Part shown: in pieces, positions 1 through 10,135 of the stretch
Layout of the letters: each line of letters starts with the position of its first letter
Position numbering within the stretch: position 1 is the stretch's first letter
Source of the DNA: Octopus bimaculoides
Lineage: Eukaryota
Length of the DNA: 39,663 nt
Direction of reading: 5' to 3'
NCBI RefSeq assembly: GCF_001194135.2
Contig: NC_069003.1
Coordinates: 27,321,748 to 27,361,410 of the forward strand
Notes under the pieces: model-generated
What the model was told of the DNA's origin: nothing
Databases searched by the model: none
What the model saw: the letters and a program-made list of their open reading frames with translations, nothing else
Made by a program: the position numbers and the translations under genes

Positions 1-143
1 ACTAAAAGTTCTTCAAGGTGGTGCCACAGCATGGCCACAGTCTAATGACTGATACAATTAAAAGATAAAAGATATGTATATGTTACTTACTTATATTTCT
101 TTCTCTTCTCTTTACCAGTTCTCAAAAACGTAATCATCAAACT

Positions 144-398
144 ATGTCAGACAGTGAAAAAGAACCCCTCATCCAGTCACCTCCAAGAAGAGAACGTTTG
201 GCTTCTGAAAGGAGCACCCATTCCGAACTGAGTGTTCACAGTATAATTTCATCTCCTGACTCGACAGGCTGCAAAATATGTCCCACTTTCCTCACAGAAC
301 TTGGATACAAAGAGAAACTAACAGTTCTCTTTATGTGTTTAATTACTTTTGTACAATGTCTCTGTTTCTCTGTCCTGGCCCCCTTTTTCCCCAAAGAA
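144..398 (+). CDS. SLC18B1: SLC18B1-like MFS transporter, first coding exon (MSDSEK...FSVLAPFFPKE); splice acceptor at 117-118, so the 5' UTR begins upstream of the window
   Basis: ATG at 144; pyrimidine tract plus cag at 116-118; donor GAA|gtaagg at 398/399; TM1 motif CFSVLAPFFPKE is typical of SLC18B1; phase 0. Confidence 0.9.
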
Positions 399-579
399 GT
401 AAGGACCCATTTTCTATTTCTCACTTATAACCATTCATTCATTTCCCTTGTTCACTGTGTGTGTGTGTGTGTGCAGGTCTCTCTCTCTTTCTTTTCTTCT
501 CTTTTACTTTTTCTTTCTCTGTTTTCCTCTCCTTCTTTTCTCTGTTTATCTCCCTTTTCCTCCCCCTTCCCCTCACTCT

Positions 580-895
580 GTTTCTCTCTTTCCCTCAATC
601 TTTCTCTCTCTTTCCCTCAATCTGTTTCTCTCTTTCCCTCAATCTTTCTCTCTCTTTCCCTCAATCTTTCTCTCTCTTTCCCTCAATCTTTCTCTCTCTT
701 TCCCTCAATCTTTCTCTCTCTTTCCCTCAATCTTTCTCTCTCTTTCCCTCAATCTTTCTCTCTCTTTCCCTCAATCTTTCTCTCTCTTTCCCTCAACCTT
801 TCTCTCTCTTTCCCTCAACCTTTCTCTCTCTTTCCCTCAACCTTTCTCTCTCTTTCCCTCAATCTTTCTCTCTCTTTCCCTCAATCTTTCTCTCT
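580..895 (+). repeat. 22-bp polypyrimidine minisatellite (tttctctctctttccctcaatc), about 14 copies, in intron 1
   Basis: caatc/caacc recurs with period 22 (596, 618, 640, 662 ...). Confidence 0.92.
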
Positions 896-1093
896 CTTCC
901 CCTCTTTCTTGCTCTCTTTCCTTCACTTTCTCCTTTCTCTCTTTTACTCCTTCTTTTCCTCTCTCTTCCCCCCTCCTTCCACTCACACTTTCAATGTTTA
1001 ACTCTTCTGCCTCCCTCCCACCACCACCACCACCAGCAATCATTTACCCAACGTTCTTCCTCTATTTCTCCCTTCTCCTTCATAATTCTTTAG

Positions 1094-1189
1094 GCTGAGT
1101 TGAAAGGATTAAATTCTTCAGAAACCGGAATGATTTTTGGTGTTTTTGAATTGATGATCTTCTTAACAGCACCAATCTTTGGAACATAC
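1094..1189 (+). CDS. SLC18B1: SLC18B1-like exon 2 (AELKGLNSSETGMIFGVFELMIFLTAPIFGTY)
   Basis: ttctttag| acceptor, |gtaagt donor, 96 nt, phase 0/0, GMIFG...PIFG TM2 pattern. Confidence 0.92.
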
Positions 1190-1256
1190 GTAAGTTTGAT
1201 GATTTTTATTCCTTCCTTTCTTTGTTGTTGTTTATCTTGAAGACCTGCTTTGACCT

Positions 1257-1450
1257 TTTTCTACTCTAGGGCACAAGGCCTGAAATTTTGGGGGAGGGGG
1301 CCAGTCAATTACATTGACCCCATTATGCAACTAGTACTTAATTTATCAACCCTGAAAGGATGAAAGGCAAAGTCGACCTCAGCGGAATTTGAACTCAGAA
1401 CATAAAGACAGACCAAATACCGCTAAGCATTTCACCCAGCATACTAATGT
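1257..1450 (-). mobile_element. tRNA-derived SINE, family A with the 'aaatttcaggccttgtgcc' tail (A2)
   Basis: Reverse complement of the recurrent ...gttctgagttcaaattccgccgaggtcgactttgcctttcatcctttc... body seen at 2828, 22250 and 28035. Confidence 0.85.
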
Positions 1451-1612
1451 TAGACCTGCCTTTGGTTCAGAAAACCTATGACCAAAGTCAATCCAGCCGT
1501 GACTATCATGTTATTTTATTTACACAACATGTATTTAAGAATACATATAATGTCCCCTTCCTATTTTTATAGAATCTATGTGTAGGGGTGGTCGTATGGA
1601 TCAGCACTAGCA

Positions 1613-1761
1613 TAGCTGTATGGTCAGGAAGGTTGCTTTCCAACCATCTGGTCTTGGGTTCAATCCTACTGTGTGAGACCTTGGATAAATGTCCTCTATT
1701 ATAGCCCTGGTGAGTAGATTTGGTTGATGGAAACTGAAAGAAGCCCACTATATATATATAT
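1613..1761 (+). mobile_element. SINE family B, 5' half (tRNA head plus CORE-like segment), degenerate
   Basis: Matches the reverse complement of the copies at 4255-4419 and 8826-9192; ends gaaactgaaagaagcc(TA)n. Confidence 0.75.
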
Positions 1762-1799
1762 ATCATCATCATCATCATCATCATCATCATTTTATAAGT

Positions 1800-2040
1800 T
1801 GTTGTTTGTTCCTTCTTGAGCCATGCCTGGCTCATAAGGGCTGGTTTCCTGGTTTTATTGGCGTATAGGTTCCCCACCTGGATGAGATGCTCGTCCGTTG
1901 CAGGTGAGCTGCTAGATGCAGGAGGAAAGAGTGAGAGAAAGTTGTGGCAAAAGAGTCAGAAGTTCACCATTACTTTCTTCCGGAGCTTAGGTGTTTCACT
2001 AAGCACACTCATTGCCCTGTCTGAGATTCGAACCCGTTAT
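1800..2040 (-). mobile_element. tRNA-headed SINE (family F), sharing its central domain with family G
   Basis: Head reads tagcctggtggttagagc...gggttcgaatctc on the minus strand; the shared block cacaactttctctcactc also occurs at about 9750 and 28995. Confidence 0.7.
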
Positions 2041-2354
2041 CCCTCGACCATCAGTCCACTGCTCTAACCACCAGGCTATGGTAGTAGACTCTCCCACCTG
2101 GACCAAGACCTTCTGGTTCATCGCAGAGTAACTCCCCACTCCCCACCTCCAGCTGCCACTGATTCTGGCACACATGTGCAGTCAACATCAGTAATATAGG
2201 AATGTCTTATTTGTTTAATCAACCACCCCCACCACTACCATCATCACCACCACCACCACCACCACACACTACCATCACATACCACCACCACCACCACTAT
2301 TACAATCAACCATCACCACTCTATTCTCCTCATCTTTTCCTTTTCCCATTTCAG

Positions 2355-2428
2355 TTAACCAAATTTGGAATTCTGTTCACATACATATCCGGTTGTTTTG
2401 TGGCTGGTTCCTGTGCCATTATATTTGG
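2355..2428 (+). CDS. SLC18B1: SLC18B1-like exon 3 (LTKFGILFTYISGCFVAGSCAIIFG)
   Basis: cccatttcag| acceptor, |gtaagt donor, 74 nt, phase 0/2. Confidence 0.92.
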
Positions 2429-2827
2429 GTAAGTAAACCTAAGAATCATTCTTGCAACTGGCGCCATTCTTCATTTTATTCATTTATGTGATGTGTGGTT
2501 TTCTTATCTGTGTTGTTTAATCCCTGAAGGCACATGGCTTAATGGTTAAGGTATTTGGGCTCACGGCTGCAAGGTCACGAGTTCAATTCTCATGACTTCT
2601 CTCACCCACCCTTTGCTCTCTCTATTTTTCTCTTTTGCTCTCTCTCTCCCTCAGTTTTTCAGTATCTCAGGATCAGTAAGATTGTGGTTTCAATTCCAGG
2701 ACCAGGCAATGCATTGTGTTCTTCATTTTACATTGCCCCATTCCATGCAGCTGCTAAAAATGAGTAGTCTTAGAATGGATCGGCTTCTTGTCCAGGGAGG
2801 AATATATATGCCACAGAAAGCAAGGAT

Positions 2828-3063
2828 GGCGGGGAGCTGGCAGAAAGGTTAGCACACCGGGCAAAATGCTTAGTGGTATTTCATCTGCCGTTATGTTCTG
2901 AGTTCAAATTCCACCGAGGTCGACTTTGCCTTTCATCCTTTCGGGTTCGATAAATTAAGTACCAGTTAGGCACTGGGGTCGATATAATCGATTTAATCTG
3001 CTTGTCTGTCCTTGTTTGTCCCCTCTATGTTTAGCCCCTTGTGGGCAATAAAGAAATAAGAAA
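2828..3063 (+). mobile_element. Full-length SINE family A1
   Basis: A-box-like tggcagaaaggttagc, B-box gagttcaaattcc, tail gcaataaagaaataag; near-identical copies at 22250 and 28035. Confidence 0.9.
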
Positions 3064-3280
3064 GCAAGTAACTGGTCCTATACTCCTTAAGGAGTAATGT
3101 GGACTAAGCCATATGGACTTAAAGTGTATATATTGAAAGCCTTCTAAACTGTAATGTTCGTCCTTTTTTCTTTTTCTTTCTTCATGTTACAATTCTTTTC
3201 CATTATTCTCACATTGTGTCCAGCAGTACACAATATAAATATCTAACATGTAAACTGTTTTAATATTTCGTCTCTTCCAG

Positions 3281-3428
3281 AGTGTTAAAATGGTGCCCTG
3301 CAGGTAACGTCTTCTTGGCAATGTGCTTTTTAACAAGAGGTGTAGAAGCTTTAGCTGTGTCTGCACATTTAACGGCAAGCATGGCTGTCATTGGTTACAT
3401 TTTTAAAGAACGTGCTTCTTTAGCAATT
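3281..3428 (+). CDS. SLC18B1: SLC18B1-like exon 4 (VLKWCPAGNVFLAMCFLTRGVEALAVSAHLTASMAVIGYIFKERASLAI)
   Basis: tctcttccag| acceptor, |gtaagt donor, 148 nt, phase 2/0; FLAMCFLTR matches the family FIAMCFLVR motif. Confidence 0.93.
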
Positions 3429-4254
3429 GTAAGTTCATATCTCTCTTTCTCTCTATCTATCTATCTATCTATCTATTTATCTATCTACTTATCTATCTAT
3501 CTATTTATCTATCTACTTATCTATCTATCTATCTATTTATCTATCTATTTATCTATCTACTTATCTATCTATCTATCTATCTATTTATCTATCTATCTAT
3601 CTAGCCCTCTCTCTGCATCCTTTCGTTCTCTCTCTCTCTTTTTNNNNNNNNNNNNNNNNNNNNNNNNNNNNNNNNNNNNNNNNNNNNNNNNNNNNNNNNN
3701 NNNNNNNNNNNNNNNNNNNNNNNNNNNNNNNNNNNNNNNNNNNNNNNNNNNNNNNNNNNNNNNNNNNNNNNNNNNNNNNNNNNNNNNNNNNNNNNNNNNN
3801 NNNNNNNNNNNNNNNNNNNNNNNNNNNNNNNNNNNNNNNNNNNNNNNNNNNNNNNNNNNNNNNNNNNNNNNNNNNNNNNNNNNNNNNNNNNNNNNNNNNN
3901 NNNNNNNNNNNNNNNNNNNNNNNNNNNNNNNNNNNNNNNNNNNNNNNNNNNNNNNNNNNNNNNNNNNNNNNNNNNNNNNNNNNNNNNNNNNNNNNNNNNN
4001 NNNNNNNNNNNNNNNNNNNNNNNNNNNNNNNNNNNNNNNNNNNNNNNNNNNNNNNNNNNNNNNNNNNNNNNNNNNNNNNNNNNNNNNNNNNNNNNNNNNN
4101 NNNNNNNNNNNNNNNNNNNNNNNNNNNNNNNNNNNNNNNNNNNNNNNNNNNNNNNNNNNNNNNNNNNNNNNNNNNNNNNNNNNNNNNNNNNNNNNNNNNN
4201 NNNNNNNNNNNNNNNNNNNNNNNNNNNNNNNNNNNNNNNNNNNNNNNNNNNNNN

Positions 4255-4419
4255 TATACGACAGGCTTCTTTCAGTTTCCGTCTGACAAATCCACTCACA
4301 AGGCTTTGGTCGGCCCAAGGCTATAGTAGAAGACACTTGCCCAAGATGCCACGCAGTGGGACTGAACCCGGGACCATGTGGTTGGTAAGTAAGCTACTTA
4401 CCACACAGCCACTCCTACG
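4255..4419 (-). mobile_element. SINE family B, 5' half (3' half lost in the N gap)
   Basis: Reverse complement ggctgtgtggtaagtagcttacttacc...gggttcagtcccactgcgtggcatcttgggcaagtgtctt. Confidence 0.88.
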
Positions 4420-4500
4420 CTTATATATAACATCACCTGGTAGAGTCCATAAAGTTTCCTCTCAGAGGAAACAATGTAAGCTTAAATAATAAACATCTTG

Positions 4501-4794
4501 GGCCTCACGGAGGCAATGACCAAGACCTTTGGCATTATGTCGTGCTTGAGAAGAAGACCCATCAAGCCGAGAAAAATCGCAGTCGTGGCAGATACTGATG
4601 TCATGCATATGGCACTCGTGCCGGTGGCATGTAAAATCACCCATGACACTCTCAGAGTGGTTGGTGTCAGGAAGAGCATCCAGCTGTAGAAAACCATGCC
4701 AAATCAGATTGGAACCTGGTGCAACGTGCCAGGCCAGTCAAACCATCCAACCCCTGCCAGCATGGACAACGGATGTTAAATGATGATGATGATG
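4501..4794 (+). mobile_element. Family D: RTE-like LINE 3' end or RTE-tailed SINE with (GAT)n tail
   Basis: ttggtgtcaggaagagcatccagctgtag...ccatgccagcatgga...gttaaatgatgatgat; further copies at about 5205-5320, 8395-8625 (-), 18790-19105 and 25090-25378. Confidence 0.78.
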
Positions 4795-5039
4795 TGTAAG
4801 AATGAAAAGCATCACATGGTTGAATTGTGTCCACTAATTGGATGACACGTAATAAACAATGCTTTGTGTTGAGACAATTGGAGTTGTTTCAGTAATGGTT
4901 ACAACCCAATCATGTTCATGTTGCAGGAAGAAGTCCCATTTTTACATTGACTTTGTTAAGGTCAGTTTTGCTCTAAATCTGCATTTAATTTAATCTTTGT
5001 TGTGGTTACCCTTAATAAATTCACGCTTTCTTTTAACAG

Positions 5040-5108
5040 GGTTTTATAGAAATTTTCAGTGGTCTTGGTATGATGGCTGGCCCTCCAATAGGTGGTGTAC
5101 TCTATGAG
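5040..5108 (+). CDS. SLC18B1: SLC18B1-like exon 5 (GFIEIFSGLGMMAGPPIGGVLYE)
   Basis: ttttaacag| acceptor, |gtgagt donor, 69 nt, phase 0/0; MFS motif C GxGxxxGPPIGG. Confidence 0.93.
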
Positions 5109-5378
5109 GTGAGTATTTACATTTATATAGCATTTATTCTTTCATTCATTAACAATCTGATGAGTATCAATAAGACTGTACTGCTTTTCTGAGGAGGTCT
5201 AATAGGAACCATGCCAAAGCAGACAGAAGAGCTTGGCATAATCCTCTGGCTTGTCGGTTCCTGTCCAAGTGTCCAACCCATGCCAACATGGAAAAAGGAA
5301 CATTAAATGATGATGATGATGGTTTTTCCTATTGTATGAAATTACTATTTGCATGATTTATTTTCCTTCTAATTCCAG

Positions 5379-5469
5379 CTTGGAGGTTTTGGTTTACCAT
5401 TTTGGACACTTGGTGGCATAACAGTCACACTGGCCTTCATTTCTTGTTTATTGATGCCATCGATCACAG
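5379..5469 (+). CDS. SLC18B1: SLC18B1-like exon 6 (LGGFGLPFWTLGGITVTLAFISCLLMPSIT)
   Basis: aattccag| acceptor, |gtaggc donor, 91 nt, phase 0/1; GFxLPF TM6 motif. Confidence 0.9.
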
Positions 5470-5618
5470 GTAGGCATCATCCGTTTTCTAAGCTCTTTTA
5501 CTCTTTTACTTGTTTCAGTCGTTTGACGGTGGCCATACTGGAATACCACCTTTTAGTCAAGCAAATTGACCCCATCTATCTATCTATCTATCTATCTGTC
5601 TGCCTATCTATCTATCTA

Positions 5619-5651
<33 letters not shown>

Positions 5652-5929
5652 CTATCTATCTGTCTATCTTTCTGTCTGTCTGTCTGTCTATCAATTACTG
5701 AAACTAATGTAATTGACTTGTCCTTTCATCTCAAAAATTGCTGGCTTTGAAACCTGCAATGGACTGGCATCCTGTTCAGGTCAGAGAGAATGTTGTGATT
5801 TCAGTCATAGATATGCCAAGGAAACCGGGGAAACCAGCCTTGTAAGATCTGGGGCTTGAGTGAAACTTATAAAAACATATGTGCTTATTGCCAGATTAAC
5901 ATCTAACAAATTCTCTCTTTCGCCAACAG

Positions 5930-6069
5930 ATGACAGCAAACAGAGCAACCAGTCGAAGCTCGCCATGTTGAGAAGCCCTTATATTCTGTGTGTTTGTTTA
6001 GTTATTGTTTGTGCTGCCTATGGTATCACCTTCCTGGACCCAACCCTTTCACTACACCTGGAAAATAAG
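5930..6069 (+). CDS. SLC18B1: SLC18B1-like exon 7 (DDSKQSNQSKLAMLRSPYILCVCLVIVCAAYGITFLDPTLSLHLENK)
   Basis: cgccaacag| acceptor, |gtacac donor, 140 nt, phase 1/0; FLDPTLSL is a hallmark of SLC18B1. Confidence 0.93.
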
Positions 6070-6479
6070 GTACACATTGATTCTCCCCTTTCTTTTGAAA
6101 CTGTTTCTTGTAACGCCTCATTATTTTATCCTCCTATTTCCAAAACTTCTTCCTCAATCCCTCCATCATCTCACTCATCAGAACAAGGTCATCTGCATAC
6201 AGTATTTCCATTATCAATCCCTCTCTTGCACTCTCTGTCAATTAAGTAAGTACCAGTTATGCACTGGAGTAGATGTAATTGACTTAATCCTCTCCCCCTA
6301 GCTGCCCCTATGGAAAAAAATTTGAAATTATTATTATTATTATTATTATTATTATCATTAATAATATTATTATCATTAATAATATTATTATCATTAATAA
6401 TATTATTATTATTATTATTATTAATATTATTATTATTATTAATAATATTATTATCATTATTATTATTATTTTATTTTAG

Positions 6480-6578
6480 TTCCATGTAAGTACATTGTAT
6501 GTTGGATTAATCTTCCTGGCAGCCCCTGGAACTTACACCTTCTCTGCTCCTTTAATCGGATGGATAAATGACACCTGC
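6480..6578 (+). CDS. SLC18B1: SLC18B1-like exon 8 (FHVSTLYVGLIFLAAPGTYTFSAPLIGWINDTC)
   Basis: ttattttag| acceptor, |gtaagt donor, 99 nt, phase 0/0; YVGLIFL...Y...SAPLIG pattern. Confidence 0.92.
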
Positions 6579-7599
6579 GTAAGTCTTTACTCATCATACT
6601 TTACTCTTTGTCTCTCATTTATTACTGTCGTTCTTCAGCTCATGTTTTTACTTNNNNNNNNNNNNNNNNNNNNNNNNNNNNNNNNNNNNNNNNNNNNNNN
6701 NNNNNNNNNNNNNNNNNNNNNNNNNNNNNNNNNNNNNNNNNNNNNNNNNNNNNNNNNNNNNNNNNNNNNNNNNNNNNNNNNNNNNNNNNNNNNNNNNNNN
6801 NNNNNNNNNNNNNNNNNNNNNNNNNNNNNNNNNNNNNNNNNNNNNNNNNNNNNNNNNNNNNNNNNNNNNNNNNNNNNNNNNNNNNNNNNNNNNNNNNNNN
6901 NNNNNNNNNNNNNNNNNNNNNNNNNNNNNNNNNNNNNNNNNNNNNNNNNNNNNNNNNNNNNNNNNNNNNNNNNNNNNNNNNNNNNNNNNNNNNNNNNNNN
7001 NNNNNNNNNNNNNNNNNNNNNNNNNNNNNNNNNNNNNNNNNNNNNNNNNNNNNNNNNNNNNNNNNNNNNNNNNNNNNNNNNNNNNNNNNNNNNNNNNNNN
7101 NNNNNNNNNNNNNNNNNNNNNNNNNNNNNNNNNNNNNNNNNNNNNNNNNNNNNNNNNNNNNNNNNNNNNNNNNNNNNNNNNNNNNNNNNNNNNNNNNNNN
7201 NNNNNNNNNNNNNNNNNNNNNNNNNNNNNNNNNNNNNNNNNNNNNNNNNNNNNNNNNNNNNNNNNNNNNNNNNNNNNNNNNNNNNNNNNNNNNNNNNNNN
7301 NNNNNNNNNNNNNNNNNNNNNNNNNNNNNNNNNNNNNNNNNNNNNNNNNNNNNNNNNNNNNNNNNNNNNNNNNNNNNNNNNNNNNNNNNNNNNNNNNNNN
7401 NNNNNNNNNNNNNNNNNNNNNNNNNNNNNNNNNNNNNNNNNNNNNNNNNNNNNNNNNNNNNNNNNNNNNNNNNNNNNNNNNNNNNNNNNNNNNNNNNNNN
7501 NNNNNNNNNNNNNNNNNNNNNNNNNNNNNNNNNNNNNNNNNNNNNNNNNNNNNNNNNNNNNNNNNNNNNNNNNNNNNNNNNNNNNNNNNNNNNNNNNNN

Positions 7600-7944
7600 T
7601 AAGAAAAGTTTCTGCCAGGATCAAATACTGAACACACAGAACAACCGTTGGCTTGCTGTTTCTCCAAAATATGTATGGAGTGTGATAAAAATCAAACATC
7701 CAGTTAGCATCATGGTGTTTGCAGTGATTGCTAGTGATGGCGATGTTATGCCTCCATTCATCTTCCCACACGGCCTCAGACCCAACACAGAGGCCTACAT
7801 CAAGTGCCTGGAGGAGGTAGTGCTCTCCTGGGTCAAGAGGGTGGCTGCAGGAAGACCCTATGTCTGGCAACAGGACTCTGCACCATGCCACACAAGTAGA
7901 AGGACCCAGTCACAGCTGTCAGACAATTTCTGCAACCACATCAC
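7600..7944 (+). pseudogene. mariner-type (IS630-Tc1-mariner, maT/DD37D-like) transposase fragment
   Basis: Translation QNNRWLA...KHPVSIMVFAVIASDG.VMPP.IF...PYVWQQDSAPCHTSRRTQ carries the second catalytic D; truncated before the third acidic residue; 5' part is in the gap. Confidence 0.88.
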
Positions 7945-8138
7945 AATTTTGAATTCTTTGCAATCAAATTTGAATCCTTTGTCATCAAATTTGAATTCTT
8001 TGCAATCAAATTTGAATTTTTTGCCATCAAACTTGAATCCTTTGCCATCAAATTTGAATTCTTTGCAATCAAATTTGAATTTTTTGCCATCAAATTTGAA
8101 TTCTTTGCAATCAATTTTGATGGCAAAGAATCCAAACT
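7945..8138 (+). repeat. 21-bp tandem repeat (aatttgaattctttgcaatca), 8 direct copies plus 1 inverted copy
   Basis: Units read directly; the last unit ttgatggcaaagaatccaaact is the reverse complement of the unit. Confidence 0.9.
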
Positions 8139-8276
8139 AGATCGAAAACATCTATATTACAAAATATTACAATATACATATTGCTCTATATATTACAAAA
8201 TAACGAAATCTAAGCTCCATTTCTCAACTACTTGCTCTTATGTGTATGTTACTTTTCTTTTCTACCCCTCTTCCAG

Positions 8277-8368
8277 AAACAGACGAATATTATTATTGTT
8301 TTGGGGACATTCTTACTGGCCATCTGCAATCTATTTATTGGACCAGCACCATTCTTAAATATCCCATA
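8277..8368 (+). CDS. SLC18B1: SLC18B1-like exon 9 (KQTNIIIVLGTFLLAICNLFIGPAPFLNIP)
   Basis: ctcttccag| acceptor, |gtgagt donor, 92 nt, phase 0/2; GP.P.L.I motif. Confidence 0.9.
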
Positions 8369-8394
8369 GTGAGTATGATTTCATTGTCATCTCT

Positions 8395-8625
8395 GTCGTC
8401 ATCATCATCACCATCATCATCATCGTCATCATCATCATTGTTTAAAATCCGTCTTCCATGCTGGCATGGGTTGGATGGTTTGACAGGGGCCGCCAGGCAG
8501 AAGACTGCATCAGACTCCTGTGTCTGTTCTGGGGAGGTTTTTATGGCTGGATGCCCTTCCTAACACCAACCACCCTACAGAGTGGACTGAGTGATCTTTA
8601 TGTGGCACCAGACCCAGCAGGGTCC
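8395..8625 (-). mobile_element. Family D RTE-like 3' tail
   Basis: (ATC)n followed by ccatgctggcatgggttgga...ggctggatgcccttcctaacaccaacc. Confidence 0.8.
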
Positions 8626-8732
8626 ACCAAGTAACTTGCAAGATGAGGAATTTATGAGAGGGGAGGGGGGCATTGGAAGAGGTGATGTTGTGTCAGATGA
8701 TGTAAGGTTGGAGTATAACAGAGAGGCAGAAA

Positions 8733-8825
<93 letters not shown>

Positions 8826-8826
<1 letters not shown>

Positions 8827-9192
8827 TCTTTGGCTGTGGCCATGCTGGAGCACCGCCTTTTATTGAGCTAATCAACCCCAGGACTTATTCTTTGTAAGTC
8901 TAGTACTTATTCTATCGGTCTCTTTTGCTGAACCACTAAGTGACGGGGATGTAAACACACCAGCATCAGTTGTCAAGTGATGTTGGTGGGACAAACACAG
9001 ACACACAAACATATATATAAACACATATATGCGACAAGCTTCTTTCAGTTTCCGTCTACCAGATCCACTCAAGGCTTTTGTCAGCCCGAGGTTATAGTAG
9101 AAGACACTTGCCCAAGGTGCCACGCAGTGGGACTGAATCCAGAACCATGTGGTTGGTAAGCAAGCTACTTACCACACAGCCACTCCTGCGCC
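8826..9192 (-). mobile_element. Full-length SINE family B
   Basis: From the tail ggctgtggccatgctggagcaccgcc to the head accacacagccactcctgcgcc; matches 23762-24091 and 37796-38238. Confidence 0.9.
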
Positions 9193-9215
9193 TATATATA
9201 TATATATATATATAT

Positions 9216-9639
9216 NNNNNNNNNNNNNNNNNNNNNNNNNNNNNNNNNNNNNNNNNNNNNNNNNNNNNNNNNNNNNNNNNNNNNNNNNNNNNNNNNNNNN
9301 NNNNNNNNNNNNNNNNNNNNNNNNNNNNNNNNNNNNNNNNNNNNNNNNNNNNNNNNNNNNNNNNNNNNNNNNNNNNNNNNNNNNNNNNNNNNNNNNNNNN
9401 NNNNNNNNNNNNNNNNNNNNNNNNNNNNNNNNNNNNNNNNNNNNNNNNNNNNNNNNNNNNNNNNNNNNNNNNNNNNNNNNNNNNNNNNNNNNNNNNNNNN
9501 NNNNNNNNNNNNNNNNNNNNNNNNNNNNNNNNNNNNNNNNNNNNNNNNNNNNNNNNNNNNNNNNNNNNNNNNNNNNNNNNNNNNNNNNNNNNNNNNNNNN
9601 NNNNNNNNNNNNNNNNNNNNNNNNNNNNNNNNNNNNNNN
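9216..9639. other. Assembly gap (others: 3644-4254, 6654-7599, 13805-14157, 22596-22643, 32920-33449, 36571-37371, 38026-38034)
   Basis: Runs of N. Confidence 0.99.
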
Positions 9640-9970
9640 GCGGTTTCGATTCCCAGACCGGGCGTTGTGAGTGTTTATTGAGCGAAAACACCTAAAAGCT
9701 CCACGAGGCTCCGGCAGGGGATGGTGGCGAACCCTGCTGTACTCTTTCACCACAACTTTCTCTCACTCTTACTTCCTGTTTCTGTTGTGCCTGTAATTCA
9801 AAGGGTCAGCCTTGTCACACTGTGTCACGCTGAATATCCCCCGAGAACTACGTTAAGGGTACACGTGTCTGTGGAGTGCTCAACCATGTGCACGTTAATT
9901 TCACGAGTAGGCTGTTCCGTTGATGGGATCAACTGGAACCCTCAACATCGTAAGCGACGGAGTGCCAACA
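9640..9970 (+). mobile_element. SINE family G (tRNA head, central domain, family-C tail); 5' end in the gap
   Basis: Closely matches the reverse complement of 28820-29169. Confidence 0.87.
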
Positions 9971-10135
9971 AGGCTTCTATCATATTAAACTGGATGGAGA
10001 GGCTCATGTTGCTGGAGTGGCAGAGAATCACATTGTTGTTTCCTCTTTTTAGCTTGGGTGGGAAGGATCACTCATGAATGATGTGTTAGCTTGAGTGGGA
10101 GTGGACCACTCAGGTGAGTGTGAGATAGTCTAGAT

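Noticed and set aside
144-1001. 285-aa ORF from the ORF track
   Set aside because: Only 144-398 is coding. The rest reads through the GTAAGG donor into the intronic CT minisatellite, giving low-complexity S/L/F sequence.
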